From: Verrucomicrobiota bacterium
GTDB taxonomy: Bacteria > Verrucomicrobiota > Lentisphaeria > Lentisphaerales > Lentisphaeraceae
Direction: 5' to 3'
Assembly: GCA_039798785.1 (NCBI GenBank)
Contig: JBDKFG010000019.1
Location: 1 to 64,000 of the forward strand
Length of the DNA stretch: 64,000 bases
Every line of letters begins with the position of its first letter. The first letter of the stretch is position 1. The position numbers and the translations under genes are program-made. Below are positions 1 through 9,553 of this stretch, piece after piece. A model generated the notes under the pieces. It was not told where the DNA came from and searched no databases. It saw only the letters and a list, made by a program, of their open reading frames with translations.

Positions 1-1
1 C

Positions 2-421
2 GCCGTCAACCTCGATGCTCCCTTCGTCCTCGCCCGCGAATTCGGCCGCGACATGGTGGCCCGCGGCTCGGGCAAGATCGTCTTCACCGCCTCGCTGCTG
101 TCTTTCCAGGGCGGCCTCACCGTCCCCGGCTACGCCGCCAGCAAGGGCGGCATCGCCTCGCTCACCAAGGCCCTCGCCAACGAATGGGCCGGCAAGGGCG
201 TCAACGTCAACGCCATCGCCCCCGGCTACATCGCCACCGACAACACCGCCGCCCTCCAGGCCGACCCCTTGCGCAACGCGCAAATCCTCGCCCGCATCCC
301 CGCCGGACGCTGGGGCCAGCCCGAAGACCTCGCCGGCGCCCTGGTCTTCCTCAGCTCCCCCGCCTCGAACTACGTCAACGGCACGATCCTCACCGTCGAC
401 GGCGGCTGGATGGGGAGATGA
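2..421 (+). CDS. kduD: SDR oxidoreductase, 2-deoxy-D-gluconate 3-dehydrogenase (KduD)-like; 5' end outside the window
   Basis: [14 protein letters not shown], catalytic [29 protein letters not shown] and terminal VDGGWMGR are typical of KduD. The frame is open from position 2. Confidence 0.85.
   Translation, partial: AVNLDAPFVLAREFGRDMVARGSGKIVFTASLLSFQGGLTVPGYAASKGGIASLTKALANEWAGKGVNVNAIAPGYIATDNTAALQADPLRNAQILARIPAGRWGQPEDLAGALVFLSSPASNYVNGTILTVDGGWMGR
357..421 (+). repeat. Direct repeat copy 1 (3' 65 bp of kduD)
   Basis: Matches 2696..2760 with 2 mismatches (tacgtcaacggc vs tatgtcaagggc). Confidence 0.95.
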
Positions 422-528
422 GTCGATTCAAGATTCAAAATTCAAGATGGACCAGAGCTCAATTCAAGAACCAAGATTCAAGATCGGAGGGCGCCACGGG
501 GAGATGAGCCGAGCCTAGCAAGTAGCCG

Positions 529-1002
529 ATGGCCGCCGTCTTTGAGCAAGTCGGACGAGTTCGGGCTGAACTGCTTCTCGACGATGCCCCGCTCTTCCAG
601 CTCATCGACAGCCTTCCTGGCGCCGGGAAAGCTTTGGTGCCGCGACTCGTCGCTGCCTTCTCCAACTTGCCCGAGGGCATCACCCGAGAAGAGCTCGCCG
701 CGATGATGGGGATCGCCCCGGTTTTGATCCAAAGCGGCCAAGCGAGGGTGGTGCGGATGCGGATGTCCGGGCGGGGCTTCACCTGTCAGACGATGTTCGA
801 ATTCGCCTTCCAATCCACCCTGCAATGCGATTGGGCCAAAGCGCATTACGACAAGCAGCGGGCAGGAAAGGCAAGCCATGGCACGGCGGTGCGTTCGTTG
901 GCGATGAAGTGGCTGCGGATCATCTGGGCGATGCTCAAGTCCGGACTGCCCTATGAAGAAGCCAAGTACCTGGATGCTTGCCAGGCCAAACGAGCTCGCT
1001 AA
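529..1002 (+). pseudogene. IS110-family transposase, C-terminal remnant
   Basis: SLPGAG..LVPRLVA, LAAMMGIAPVLIQSG and WAKAHYDKQRAGK..H..AVRSLAMKWLRIIWAM match the IS110 C-terminal (Transposase_20) region. The N-terminal DEDD domain is absent. Confidence 0.8.
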
Positions 1003-1109
1003 ACCTCATCAAACCTGTGAACAACTCCATGGAAATCCCCAAAAAACCTCCGGACGAGGACTTGCGGAAACAGCTCAGAAGACCAAGGGGGTCACGGAGC
1101 TTCGTGCTC

Positions 1110-1349
1110 AGGTGTGGATCTAGGGTCAAGAAGGAATGCACTCCCCGTCTGGTCTTCCTCAATCAACGGCAGGTGGAATACGCCTTGAGTGAGTTTCTGG
1201 CGTTTTACCACGCGGAGCGATGTCACCAGGGTTTCCCGGATAAGGTCCCGCCGAATCCTGATCCGGTCTTCCTGCGACGGAAAGGCCGGATGCTGGTGAA
1301 GAAACGCCTCGGAGGTCTGCTGAAGTCGTATCATCGGCTCGCCTCCTGA
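1110..1349 (+). pseudogene. Integrase-core (rve-type DDE) transposase, C-terminal remnant
   Basis: VKKECTPRLVFLNQRQVEYALSEFLAFYHAERCHQG...KKRLGGLLKSYHRLA resembles the C-terminus of rve-type IS transposases common in PVC genomes. Start boundary is approximate. Confidence 0.75.
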
Positions 1350-1890
1350 GGTGCTACTTGCAGCTTTGAATTTTGAATCTGGAATTCCCCAACGGGGCTC
1401 ACGGGTTTTGTGCGAGACTCGGCGCTGGGTCACGCCCGGATTGGGGCGGATTTCAGGGCTTTTACGGGTCCAGCGAAGGGGCTCGGCGGGGGATGGTGGA
1501 AAAACCGGCTGGGTTTTGTTCGTGGTTCGTAGATGACACTCCGTGCTCGGGCCCGATTGCGAAGTTGTGACACCTACGGTCACTTGGCCGAGGGCGTGGG
1601 TGGCGGTAAACAAGGCCAAAGCGAGAAAAACCAAGGAGGTCTGCTGAAGTCCTATCATCGGCTCGCCTCCTGAGGGTTTTGAAGTTGGATTTGGGATTTG
1701 GGACGGGTTTCGTGCGAGACTCGGCGCTGGGTCACGCCCGGATTCGAGAGGTTTTCAGGGCTTTTGCGGGTCCCGCGAGCTGGGCTCGCTCGGGGACGCC
1801 GGAAAACCGGCTGGGTTTTGTTCGTGGTTCGTAGCTAAACCGGTATGACACTTCGTGCTCGGGCCCGATTGCGGGTTGGTGACACCTACG
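1311..1890 (+). repeat. Imperfect tandem duplication (about 260 bp) of the transposase 3' end and putative IS end
   Basis: Copies at about 1311..1578 and 1635..1890 both start ggaggtctgctgaagtc.tatcatcggctcgcctcctgagg, share tgcgagactcggcgctgggtcacgcccggatt and gaaaaccggctgggttttgttcgtggttcgtag-like blocks, and end gtgacacctacg. Confidence 0.9.
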
Positions 1891-1917
1891 ACCTACCCCT
1901 ACGGATAATTTATAAAA

Positions 1918-2367
1918 TTACATTTTATCACCATTTTTAGGGACGTAATTTTTGCCAACCCATTCGAATGGAATACTCAAGGATTCCATATCATCACCCT
2001 GTTCCATTTGATTGCTTATCCAGGCATCAATTCCATCAACGCTGATACCTAGAGATGTTATTCTGCATTTTGAGCAAAACTCTTCTTTTGTCATTGCCAC
2101 AGAAATAACCCCCTCATTTATTAACTTTGTATTCCATATATCTAAAGTCGTATCTTCTTCGGATGCTTTTCTTAAGCAGTGGTTTTCTATTAATTTATTA
2201 AGATTATTAACGACAAAGTCCAGTGACTTTGCGATGACATCAGTATCCCCATTTACAAATTCAGATGTTGCTGACACCAATAGCTCTCCATATTTATGCG
2301 AATACATACACTCATAGAATTCACCATAAAGTGTAAATTCTTGATTGTTTATTATGATTTTATCCAT
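1918..2367 (-). CDS. AT-rich orphan hypothetical protein (149 aa), weak resemblance to DUF2262/immunity-type proteins
   Basis: Open frame in a conspicuously AT-rich stretch. ATG at 2367 follows TAAGGGG. The motif MTKEEFCSKCRITSLGISVDG is only suggestive of DUF2262. Confidence 0.6.
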   Translation of the reverse strand: MDKIIINNQEFTLYGEFYECMYSHKYGELLVSATSEFVNGDTDVIAKSLDFVVNNLNKLIENHCLRKASEEDTTLDIWNTKLINEGVISVAMTKEEFCSKCRITSLGISVDGIDAWISNQMEQGDDMESLSIPFEWVGKNYVPKNGDKM

Positions 2368-2695
2368 ATGCGTCCCCTTATTACTTTCTGTCACTTTCAT
2401 TTTTGTAAGACCATCTATCAAATCCCTACAAATCCCTACAAGTCCGACTTGCTCAAAAGGCTTCTGTGGAGAGAAGATACACCAACGACGATTGGAGCCT
2501 CGCACCCGGCTTTAGGCGAGTGGAGGGGCAGTCGGCGAGGGATGCAACAGCCCCTGGCCCGAAAATCAGGGCCAGCAGAAGCAGATGGTGACGCGGGCGT
2601 TTTTGCATGCCGGAGCTTAGCGCCAAGCGCAAAATCGTCCACTTGCGCCCAAGCTCCGCGGCCCGGGCGGGCGCCGCCGCGGGCGGACTGCCCCC

Positions 2696-2760
2696 CCCCC
2701 GCCTCGAACTATGTCAAGGGCACGATCCTCACCGTCGACGGCGGCTGGATGGGGAGATGA
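2696..2760 (+). repeat. Direct repeat copy 2 (3' 65 bp of kduD, including the stop codon)
   Basis: Encodes [20 protein letters not shown], nearly identical to 357..421. Confidence 0.95.
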
Positions 2761-2844
2761 CGCCCTCCCGGGCCAACACCCCTCTTCCGGGAACTTTTGA
2801 TCCGTCCAGCCGTCTGCGCAACAACGACTTTCCCCGGGGTTTTC

Positions 2845-4290
2845 ATGTTGAAGAAAGTGATCATCACCGCCTCGGCTCTCTGGGCCCTGGCCGCCCGGGC
2901 CGAGCCGGGCGAAGCCGAGCTGCTGGCCGGTTTGCCGGACTACTCCCAGACCGGCTATGGCTACGGCCAGGAGCCGCCTCGGGTGGCGCCGAGCGCCCGC
3001 GCCCGGGACTTCGGCGCCCTTCCCGATGATGGCAAGGACGACTCCGCCGCCTTGCAGAAAGCCCTCGATGAAATGAAGCCGGGGGCGCTGCTGCTCGAAA
3101 CCGGCAGCTATCAGATCAGCGCCCAGCTCTTGATCCGGCGTCCAGGGCTGGTGCTGCGCGGCGCCGGTCGCGACAAGACGACGCTGCGCTTCGCGAAATC
3201 CCTCGAAGAGCTCAAGCCGGCGCCCACCACCAACACCGGCGGCACTCCGACCTCGGCCTATTCCTGGAGCGGCGGCCTGATCGCGATTCAATCTCGGGGT
3301 CCAGGCAAGGCTCTGGCGCAGGTGAAGGCGGGTGAAGGCCCGCGCCTGACCCTGGCTCGTGCCTCCGAGCTCAAGCCGGGACAAGCCCTCTACCTGAGCT
3401 TGAAGGACGACAAGTCGCAGAGTCTCAGCAAGGCGCTCTACGCCGGAGATCCGGGGGACATCAGAAAGATGACCAATCAGCGACTCAGCCTGCCCGTCCG
3501 GGTGAAGTCGATTGCCGGACTGCAAGTGACCCTGATGCAGCCGCTGCTTTTCCCCGTCGATCCCGCCTGGCAGCCGGAATTGTGCGAAGACCTGAGCCGG
3601 AGCGGCTGCGGCGTCGAAGAGCTCAGCCTCGAATTCCCGGCGACGCCCTACCTGGGCCATTTCAAGGAGCGCGGCTGGAACGGTGTTGAGCTGCATGGCG
3701 CCCACAACTGGCTGCGCTCCCTCGGCATCCGCAACGCCGACAGCGGCGTCTTCGTCCACGGCCACCACAACAGCGTCCTCGACCTGCATATCACCTCGAA
3801 ACGCCCGCCCGCCGGCAAGAGCCGGGACGTCGGCCATCACGCCGTCATGCTCAGCGGCAGCGCCAACCTGCTCAGCGGCTATCGCAGCGACTGCCAGTTC
3901 ATCCACGATCTCGGCCTGAGCTCCGGCTCGATCGCCAACGTCTTTGAAAACTGCCATGGCCCGGCCCTCTCCTTCGACCATCACAAACGCGGGCCTTGCT
4001 TCAACCTCTTCTGCGACATCGATGTCGGCTCCGGCGCCAACATCTACCGCCACGGTGGCGGCGAGAATCTCGGCCGCCCCTGCGGACGCGGCACGGTGTT
4101 CTGGAACATCCGCTCCCGCAGCGCCCTCCCTGCCGCCCCGGACGACTGGGCTCCGGCCGACCTGCTGCTCGTCGGCGTGACCCTGCAAGCCGGCTCGCGC
4201 TACCGGGTTTTGCCCGTCCCCGCCGCGGAACTCAAGGTGCCCAACCCGCGCCTGGCGCAGAAAACGGGACGGAACTCACGCCCTGAGTGA
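2845..4290 (+). CDS. Secreted right-handed beta-helix protein (pectate lyase 3 / GH55-like N-terminus), probable polysaccharide-active enzyme
   Basis: Signal peptide MLKKVIITASALWALAARA; ARDFGALPDDGKDDSAALQKALD; LVLRGAGRDKTTLRF. Confidence 0.75.
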   Translation: MLKKVIITASALWALAARAEPGEAELLAGLPDYSQTGYGYGQEPPRVAPSARARDFGALPDDGKDDSAALQKALDEMKPGALLLETGSYQISAQLLIRRPGLVLRGAGRDKTTLRFAKSLEELKPAPTTNTGGTPTSAYSWSGGLIAIQSRGPGKALAQVKAGEGPRLTLARASELKPGQALYLSLKDDKSQSLSKALYAGDPGDIRKMTNQRLSLPVRVKSIAGLQVTLMQPLLFPVDPAWQPELCEDLSRSGCGVEELSLEFPATPYLGHFKERGWNGVELHGAHNWLRSLGIRNADSGVFVHGHHNSVLDLHITSKRPPAGKSRDVGHHAVMLSGSANLLSGYRSDCQFIHDLGLSSGSIANVFENCHGPALSFDHHKRGPCFNLFCDIDVGSGANIYRHGGGENLGRPCGRGTVFWNIRSRSALPAAPDDWAPADLLLVGVTLQAGSRYRVLPVPAAELKVPNPRLAQKTGRNSRPE

Positions 4291-4402
4291 TGCGCTCCCG
4301 CCATTTCCTGCGTCATCGCTTCAAGACACTTGCACTCAAGGGCTGTCATCAGCGCCGCAGAGGGCTATATTGCAGGCCAACTCAACCGGAACGGCTGCGC
4401 CC

Positions 4403-5602
4403 ATGATTGACGCCGACAACATACTGATCAACCTCGACCGGGGACTGACGGAAGGCAAGGTGATCCGCAACTGCGCCATCCTCTGTCGCGGCGGCAAGAT
4501 CTATGCCATCGGCGGCTCTTCGGCCTTCGACCAGGCCCATCGCAACTGGCATCTCGATCTGCCCGACTGCTACGCCATGCCTGGCTTCATCGACTGCCAC
4601 TCCAACGGACTCGGCCCCTATTCCCTTCTTGGAGACGATGATCCGGCCGTCGCCCTGCAAGGCATGGCCAGCGAGTTCGCCCGCCACGGCATCACTAGCT
4701 TCCTTCCCACCGTCACCGCCTGTTCACGCAGTCAGCTGCCGCAGCGCCTGGCCCGCCTGGCCGCAGCCCTCGCCGCTCTGGAAGGAGGTGCCTGCGCCCT
4801 CGGCATCCATCTCGTCGGCCCCTTCATCAACCCGGTGAAGCGCGGCGCCGTGCCGGTGGAAGGCGTCCGTCCCTATGACCGCGGCGAGCTCGATGAGATC
4901 ATCAGCGCCTGCGCCGGCCGCTTGAAACTGATGACCCTGGCCCCCGAAACTCCAGGGGCCGAGGAACTCATCCACCTGCTGATCCGGCAAGGCATCACCC
5001 CCTCCCTCGGCCACAGCACCGCCGAAGCCCGCGAAGTGCTCCGCTCGATTGACGCCGGCGCCCGCCGCTGCACCCACCTGTTCAACTGCATGACCCCCCT
5101 GCACCAGCGCCAGATCGGCCTCGCCTCGACCGCCCTGGTCGACGAACGAGTCGTCTGCGAGCTGATCTTCGACGGCAGCCACATCCATCCCCAGATGCTT
5201 GACCTCGCCTGCCGCTCGAAGTCGCACAAAGGCATCATCGCCATCGGCGCCGGCACCCGTGGCACCGATCTGCCGCCAGGCACCCACCGCTACAAGGACG
5301 GAGCCGTCATCGTCGACGGCCAGCACGTCCGCCTTGAGGACGGCACCATCGCCGGATCGGTGACTACCCTCGAGCGCCACTGGCCCAACATGCTGATGCA
5401 CACCCACCTGACCGAGATCCAGGCGGTCGCCTGCTTCACCTCGACCCCGGCGCGCAGCCTCGGTCTTCACGATCGCGGCACCCTTTACCCCGGCATGCGC
5501 GGCGACATCGTCATCATGAACGCCCAGCACGAAGTCGAGGTCACCCTCGTCGGCGGCCGCATCACTTACATCAAGAACCCGGAGAAATTGAAAAAACCAT
5601 GA
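4403..5602 (+). CDS. N-acetylglucosamine-6-phosphate deacetylase (NagA)-like amidohydrolase with altered active-site residues
   Basis: PGFIDCHSNG, GITSFLPT, GIHLVGPFIN, MTLAPE, SLGHS, THLFNCM, DGSH, GTIAGS, PARSLGL, GMRGDIV follow the NagA motif order. Confidence 0.85.
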   Translation: MIDADNILINLDRGLTEGKVIRNCAILCRGGKIYAIGGSSAFDQAHRNWHLDLPDCYAMPGFIDCHSNGLGPYSLLGDDDPAVALQGMASEFARHGITSFLPTVTACSRSQLPQRLARLAAALAALEGGACALGIHLVGPFINPVKRGAVPVEGVRPYDRGELDEIISACAGRLKLMTLAPETPGAEELIHLLIRQGITPSLGHSTAEAREVLRSIDAGARRCTHLFNCMTPLHQRQIGLASTALVDERVVCELIFDGSHIHPQMLDLACRSKSHKGIIAIGAGTRGTDLPPGTHRYKDGAVIVDGQHVRLEDGTIAGSVTTLERHWPNMLMHTHLTEIQAVACFTSTPARSLGLHDRGTLYPGMRGDIVIMNAQHEVEVTLVGGRITYIKNPEKLKKP

Positions 5603-6936
5603 GCATCTGGACCCCCGACAGCTGGAGACAGAAACCGATCTTCCAGCAGCCCACCTGGCCCGAAGCCGAGCTGAAGCAGGTCTTCGGCCGCCTCAAGACC
5701 CTGCCCCCCCTGGTCTTCGCCGGCGAGATCGAAACCCTCAAGAGCAGCCTCGCCAAGGCCGCTGACGGCCAGGCCTTCGTCCTCCAAGGCGGCGACTGCG
5801 CCGAGGATTTCTCCCGCTGCAACGCCCCGGCCATCCGCGAAACCCTGAAAGTCATCCTGCAGATGGCCGTGGTCCTCACCTACGCCGGCAACAAGCAGGT
5901 GGTCAAGATCGGCCGCATGGCCGGCCAGTACGCCAAGCCCCGCTCCTCCGATACCGAGACCATCGCCGGCTGCACCTTGCCCAGCTACCGCGGCGACTGC
6001 GTCAACCTGCCGGAATTCACTCCCGAAGCCCGCCGCGCCGACCCGGAACGCCTGCTGCAGTCGTACTTCTACTCGACCGCCACCCTCAACCTGCTCCGCG
6101 CCTACGTCTCCGGCGGCTTCGCCGACCTGCACCGCGTCCATGTCTGGAACAAGGAGTTCGTCGCCAACTCGCCCCAGGGGCGCCGCTACGAGGACCTCGC
6201 CAACCGCATCGACGACGCCCTCAATTTCATGAACGCCTGCGGCGTCGGCCCCGGCCAGCTGCCTCAGCTCCGCGAAGCCGAGTTCTACACCTCGCACGAA
6301 GCCCTCGTCCTCGACTACGAAGAAGCCCTCACCCGCAAGGACTCCCTCTCCGGCCGCTGGTACGACTGCTCCGCTCACTTCATCTGGATCGGCGAACGCA
6401 CCCGCCAGCTCGATGGCGCCCACCTCGAATTCTTCCGCGGCGTCAACAACCCGATCGGCGTCAAGATCTCCTCCAAGCTTGAGCCGGATGAGCTGGTCAA
6501 GATGGCCAACATCCTCAACCCCAATAACGAGAAAGGCCGACTCACCCTCACCTGCCGCTTCGGCAAGGACAAGGTCGCCGCCAACCTCCCCCGCCTGGTC
6601 GAGAAGATCAAGTCCGAAGGCCTCAACGTCCTCTGGTCCTGCGACCCGATGCACGGCAACACCTTCACCGCCACCTCGGGCTACAAGACCCGCGACTTCG
6701 AGCACATCGCCGGCGAAATCCGCGACTTCTTCGCCGTCCACAAGGCGGCCGGAACCGTCCCCGGCGGCGTCCACTTCGAACTCACCGGCGACGACGTCAC
6801 CGAGATCAAAGGCGGCGGCCAGAACATCCAGGACCACCACCTGGCGGAACGCTACCTGACCAACTGCGACCCGCGTCTCAACTGCCAACAGGCACTCGAG
6901 ATGTCCTTCCAAGTCGCCGAGATGCTCCGGCAGTAA
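5599..6936 (+). CDS. Class II DAHP (3-deoxy-7-phosphoheptulonate) synthase
   Basis: LQGGDCAE, GRMAGQYAKPRS, FYTSHEAL, SAHFIWIGERTRQLDGAH, CDPMHGNT, CDPRLN. ATGA overlap with the upstream gene. Confidence 0.97.
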   Translation: MSIWTPDSWRQKPIFQQPTWPEAELKQVFGRLKTLPPLVFAGEIETLKSSLAKAADGQAFVLQGGDCAEDFSRCNAPAIRETLKVILQMAVVLTYAGNKQVVKIGRMAGQYAKPRSSDTETIAGCTLPSYRGDCVNLPEFTPEARRADPERLLQSYFYSTATLNLLRAYVSGGFADLHRVHVWNKEFVANSPQGRRYEDLANRIDDALNFMNACGVGPGQLPQLREAEFYTSHEALVLDYEEALTRKDSLSGRWYDCSAHFIWIGERTRQLDGAHLEFFRGVNNPIGVKISSKLEPDELVKMANILNPNNEKGRLTLTCRFGKDKVAANLPRLVEKIKSEGLNVLWSCDPMHGNTFTATSGYKTRDFEHIAGEIRDFFAVHKAAGTVPGGVHFELTGDDVTEIKGGGQNIQDHHLAERYLTNCDPRLNCQQALEMSFQVAEMLRQ

Positions 6937-6943
6937 CGATCCG

Positions 6944-6977
6944 CGATCTCCGCAGCAGCCCTGCGGAGATCGTTTTT
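6944..6977 (+). terminator. Rho-independent terminator
   Basis: 12-bp perfect stem cgatctccgcag/ctgcggagatcg, 5-nt loop, then ttttt, right after the DAHP synthase stop. Confidence 0.85.
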
Positions 6978-7083
6978 AGCGTCCTCATTGCGTCATTAGG
7001 ACATTGTGCGAAGCCCCCCCGCGCTTGACTCCCGCCGCCTCCGCAGGCAGTTTGTGAGCAGTGAAAATCCAGGAGATCCTTAG

Positions 7084-7992
7084 ATGCTGCCTTCCTACCG
7101 ACTCCCCAACCTGCGCCTGCTCGAGGCGGAAGCGATCGCCATCATCCGCGAAGTCGCCGCCCAGTTCGAAAACCCCTCCCTGCTCTTCTCCGGCGGCAAG
7201 GACTCGATCGTCGTCGCCCACCTCGCCCGCAAGGCCTTCTTCCCCGGCAAGATCCCCTTTCCCCTGATGCACGTCGACACCGGCCACAACTTCCAGGAGA
7301 CCCTCGACTACCGCGACGCCTTCGTCAAGGACCTCGGCGCCCGCCTCATCGTCAAATACGTACAGGACTCCATCGATCAGGGCCGCTGCGCCGAAGAATC
7401 CGGCCCCAATCCCTCCCGCAACGCCCTCCAGACCGTCACCCTCCTCGACGCCATCGAGGAACTCAAGTTCGACGCCTGCATCGGCGGCGCCCGCCGCGAC
7501 GAAGAAAAGGCCCGCGCCAAGGAGCGCGTCTTCTCCCACCGCGACGCCTTCGGCCAGTGGGACCCCAAGAACCAGCGCCCCGAACTCTGGAACATCTACA
7601 ACGGCCGCAAGAACCTCGGCGAACACTTCCGGGTCTTCCCGATCTCCAACTGGACCGAGCTCGATGTCTGGCAGTACATCAAGCTCGAAAAGCTCGAACT
7701 CCCCAGTATCTACTTCTCCCATAAGCGCACCGTCGTCAACCGCGACGGCACCCTGCTCGCCCAGTGCCCCTTCATCACCCTCAAGCGCAACGAGAAGTGG
7801 GAAGAGCGCATCGTCCGCTTCCGCACTGTCGGCGACGCCAGCTGCACCGGCGCGGTCGAATCCACCGCCACCAACATCGACGACATCATCACCGAGATCT
7901 CCGCCTCCCGCATCACCGAGCGCGGCGGCCGCGCCGACGACCGCCGCACCGAGGCCGCCATGGAAGAGCGCAAGAAACAGGGATACTTCTGA
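7084..7992 (+). CDS. cysD: Sulfate adenylyltransferase subunit 2
   Basis: LFSGGKDS, HVDTGHNF, GGARRDEEKARAKERVFS, WDPKNQRPELWN, RFRTVGD, MEERKKQGYF. Confidence 0.97.
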   Translation: MLPSYRLPNLRLLEAEAIAIIREVAAQFENPSLLFSGGKDSIVVAHLARKAFFPGKIPFPLMHVDTGHNFQETLDYRDAFVKDLGARLIVKYVQDSIDQGRCAEESGPNPSRNALQTVTLLDAIEELKFDACIGGARRDEEKARAKERVFSHRDAFGQWDPKNQRPELWNIYNGRKNLGEHFRVFPISNWTELDVWQYIKLEKLELPSIYFSHKRTVVNRDGTLLAQCPFITLKRNEKWEERIVRFRTVGDASCTGAVESTATNIDDIITEISASRITERGGRADDRRTEAAMEERKKQGYF

Positions 7993-8007
7993 AGCTCTGA
8001 ACCGGGC

Positions 8008-8134
8008 TGAAAGGTTGAAAGGTTGAAAGGCGAGCTGCCCGACAGCCGGAAGATCGGACAGCCGGACTCTGATTCGAAATCGTTTTCTGCCCCAGCCTCA
8101 TTCATGGCCTTTCAACCTTTCAACCTTTCAACCT
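8008..8134. repeat. (GAAAGGTT)n...(AACCTTTC)n inverted-repeat intergenic element
   Basis: tgaaaggttgaaaggttgaaagg at 8008..8030 and cctttcaacctttcaacctttcaacct at 8108..8134. Confidence 0.85.
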
Positions 8135-8144
8135 AGTTCACACC

Positions 8145-9434
8145 ATGCACCACCACGACGACACCATCGAACTCCTGCGCTTCTCCACCTGCGGCTCCGT
8201 CGACGACGGCAAGTCCACCCTGATCGGACGCCTCCTCTACGACTCGAAGGCCCTGCACGAAGACACCATCGCCGCCATCGACCGCAGCTCGAAACGCGCC
8301 GGCAAGGAAGAGCTCGACCTGTCCCTCGTCACCGACGGCCTCAAGGATGAACGCGAACAGGGAATCACCATCGACGTCGCCTACCGCTATTTCTCCACCC
8401 CGAAGCGCCGCTTCATCATCGCCGACACCCCTGGACACGAGCAGTACACCCGCAACATGATCACCGGCGCCTCCACCGCCGAACTCGCGATCATCCTCAT
8501 CGACGCCCGAAAAGGCGTCTTGGTGCAGTCCCGCCGCCACGCCATCCTCGCCTCCCTTTTGCGCATCCCGCACCTGATCGTCGCCATCAACAAGATGGAC
8601 CTGGTCGGCTGGGACGAGAAGATCTATAACGACATCCGCGCCGAATTCACCGACTTCGCCGCCCGCCTCGGCCTCTCCGATCTCGACTTCATCCCGATGT
8701 CCGCTCTCAACGGAGACAACGTCGTCGACCGCTCCACGTCGACTCCCTGGTACCAGGGTCCGACCCTGATGTACAAGCTCGAAACCGTCGCCGTCGGCAC
8801 CTCGCGCAACATGGAGAACTTCCGCCTCCCGGTGCAGCGCGTCATCCGCCCCGATCTCGACTACCGCGGCTTCGCTGGCCAGATCGCCTCCGGTGTCGTC
8901 AAGGTCGGCGACAAGATCGTCTCCCTGCCCTCCGGCAAGCAATCGACGGTGAAGAGCATTGACACCTATGATGGCAGCCTCCCGGAGGCCTTCGCGCCGC
9001 AATCGGTGTCGATCACTCTGCACGACGAGATCGACTCCTCTCGCGGCGACATGCTCGTGCACGCTCACGACGTCCCCCACCAGAGCCAGGAAGTCACCAC
9101 CACATTGTGCTGGTTGAGCGAGAAGCCACTTGTCCTCAACCGCCCCTATTGGATGCGCCACAACGCCCGCGAAGTCAAGGCGATGGTCAGCTCCATCGAC
9201 TTCCGCCTCGACATCAACACCCTCGACCGCCACGAGGCCAGCGAGATGAAGGTCAACGAAGTCGCCCGGGTCCGGCTCCGTCTCTCCGCCCCGATCTTCT
9301 ACGACGCCTACGCCCGCAACCGCGGCACCGGCTCCTTCGTCCTGGTCGACACCGGAAGCAACGTCACCATCGCCGCCGGCATGCTCGCCGCCCCCTCGAC
9401 CGAGCCCGGCCAAGGCCCTGAATTCGCCATTTGA
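8145..9434 (+). CDS. cysN: Sulfate adenylyltransferase subunit 1 (GTPase), without fused APS kinase
   Basis: CGSVDDGKSTLIGRLL, EREQGITIDVAYRYF, DTPGHEQYTRNMITGAS, NKMD. Confidence 0.97.
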   Translation: MHHHDDTIELLRFSTCGSVDDGKSTLIGRLLYDSKALHEDTIAAIDRSSKRAGKEELDLSLVTDGLKDEREQGITIDVAYRYFSTPKRRFIIADTPGHEQYTRNMITGASTAELAIILIDARKGVLVQSRRHAILASLLRIPHLIVAINKMDLVGWDEKIYNDIRAEFTDFAARLGLSDLDFIPMSALNGDNVVDRSTSTPWYQGPTLMYKLETVAVGTSRNMENFRLPVQRVIRPDLDYRGFAGQIASGVVKVGDKIVSLPSGKQSTVKSIDTYDGSLPEAFAPQSVSITLHDEIDSSRGDMLVHAHDVPHQSQEVTTTLCWLSEKPLVLNRPYWMRHNAREVKAMVSSIDFRLDINTLDRHEASEMKVNEVARVRLRLSAPIFYDAYARNRGTGSFVLVDTGSNVTIAAGMLAAPSTEPGQGPEFAI

Positions 9435-9454
9435 ACCCTCATCTTTTGGACTCG

Positions 9455-9487
9455 AAAAACTGCGGCCTCCATAATCGGGGGCCGCGG
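9455..9487. terminator. Hairpin terminator between convergent genes
   Basis: aaaaa followed by the stem ctgcggcctcc/gggggccgcgg. The U-tract is on the minus strand. Confidence 0.6.
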
Positions 9488-9553
9488 TCGTTCATCCTCG
9501 AAAACACAAGTCCTTAGTGCGGAGCTCAATACGCTCCGGCTGTGGAATCAGGT

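Noticed and set aside
426..484. TTCAAGA-like heptamer run after kduD
   Set aside because: A short low-complexity tract seen only once here, with no function supportable from the sequence.
529..1002. Active IS110 bridge-RNA recombinase
   Set aside because: Only the C-terminal part remains. There is no DEDD domain, and no element ends or bridge RNA could be identified by eye.
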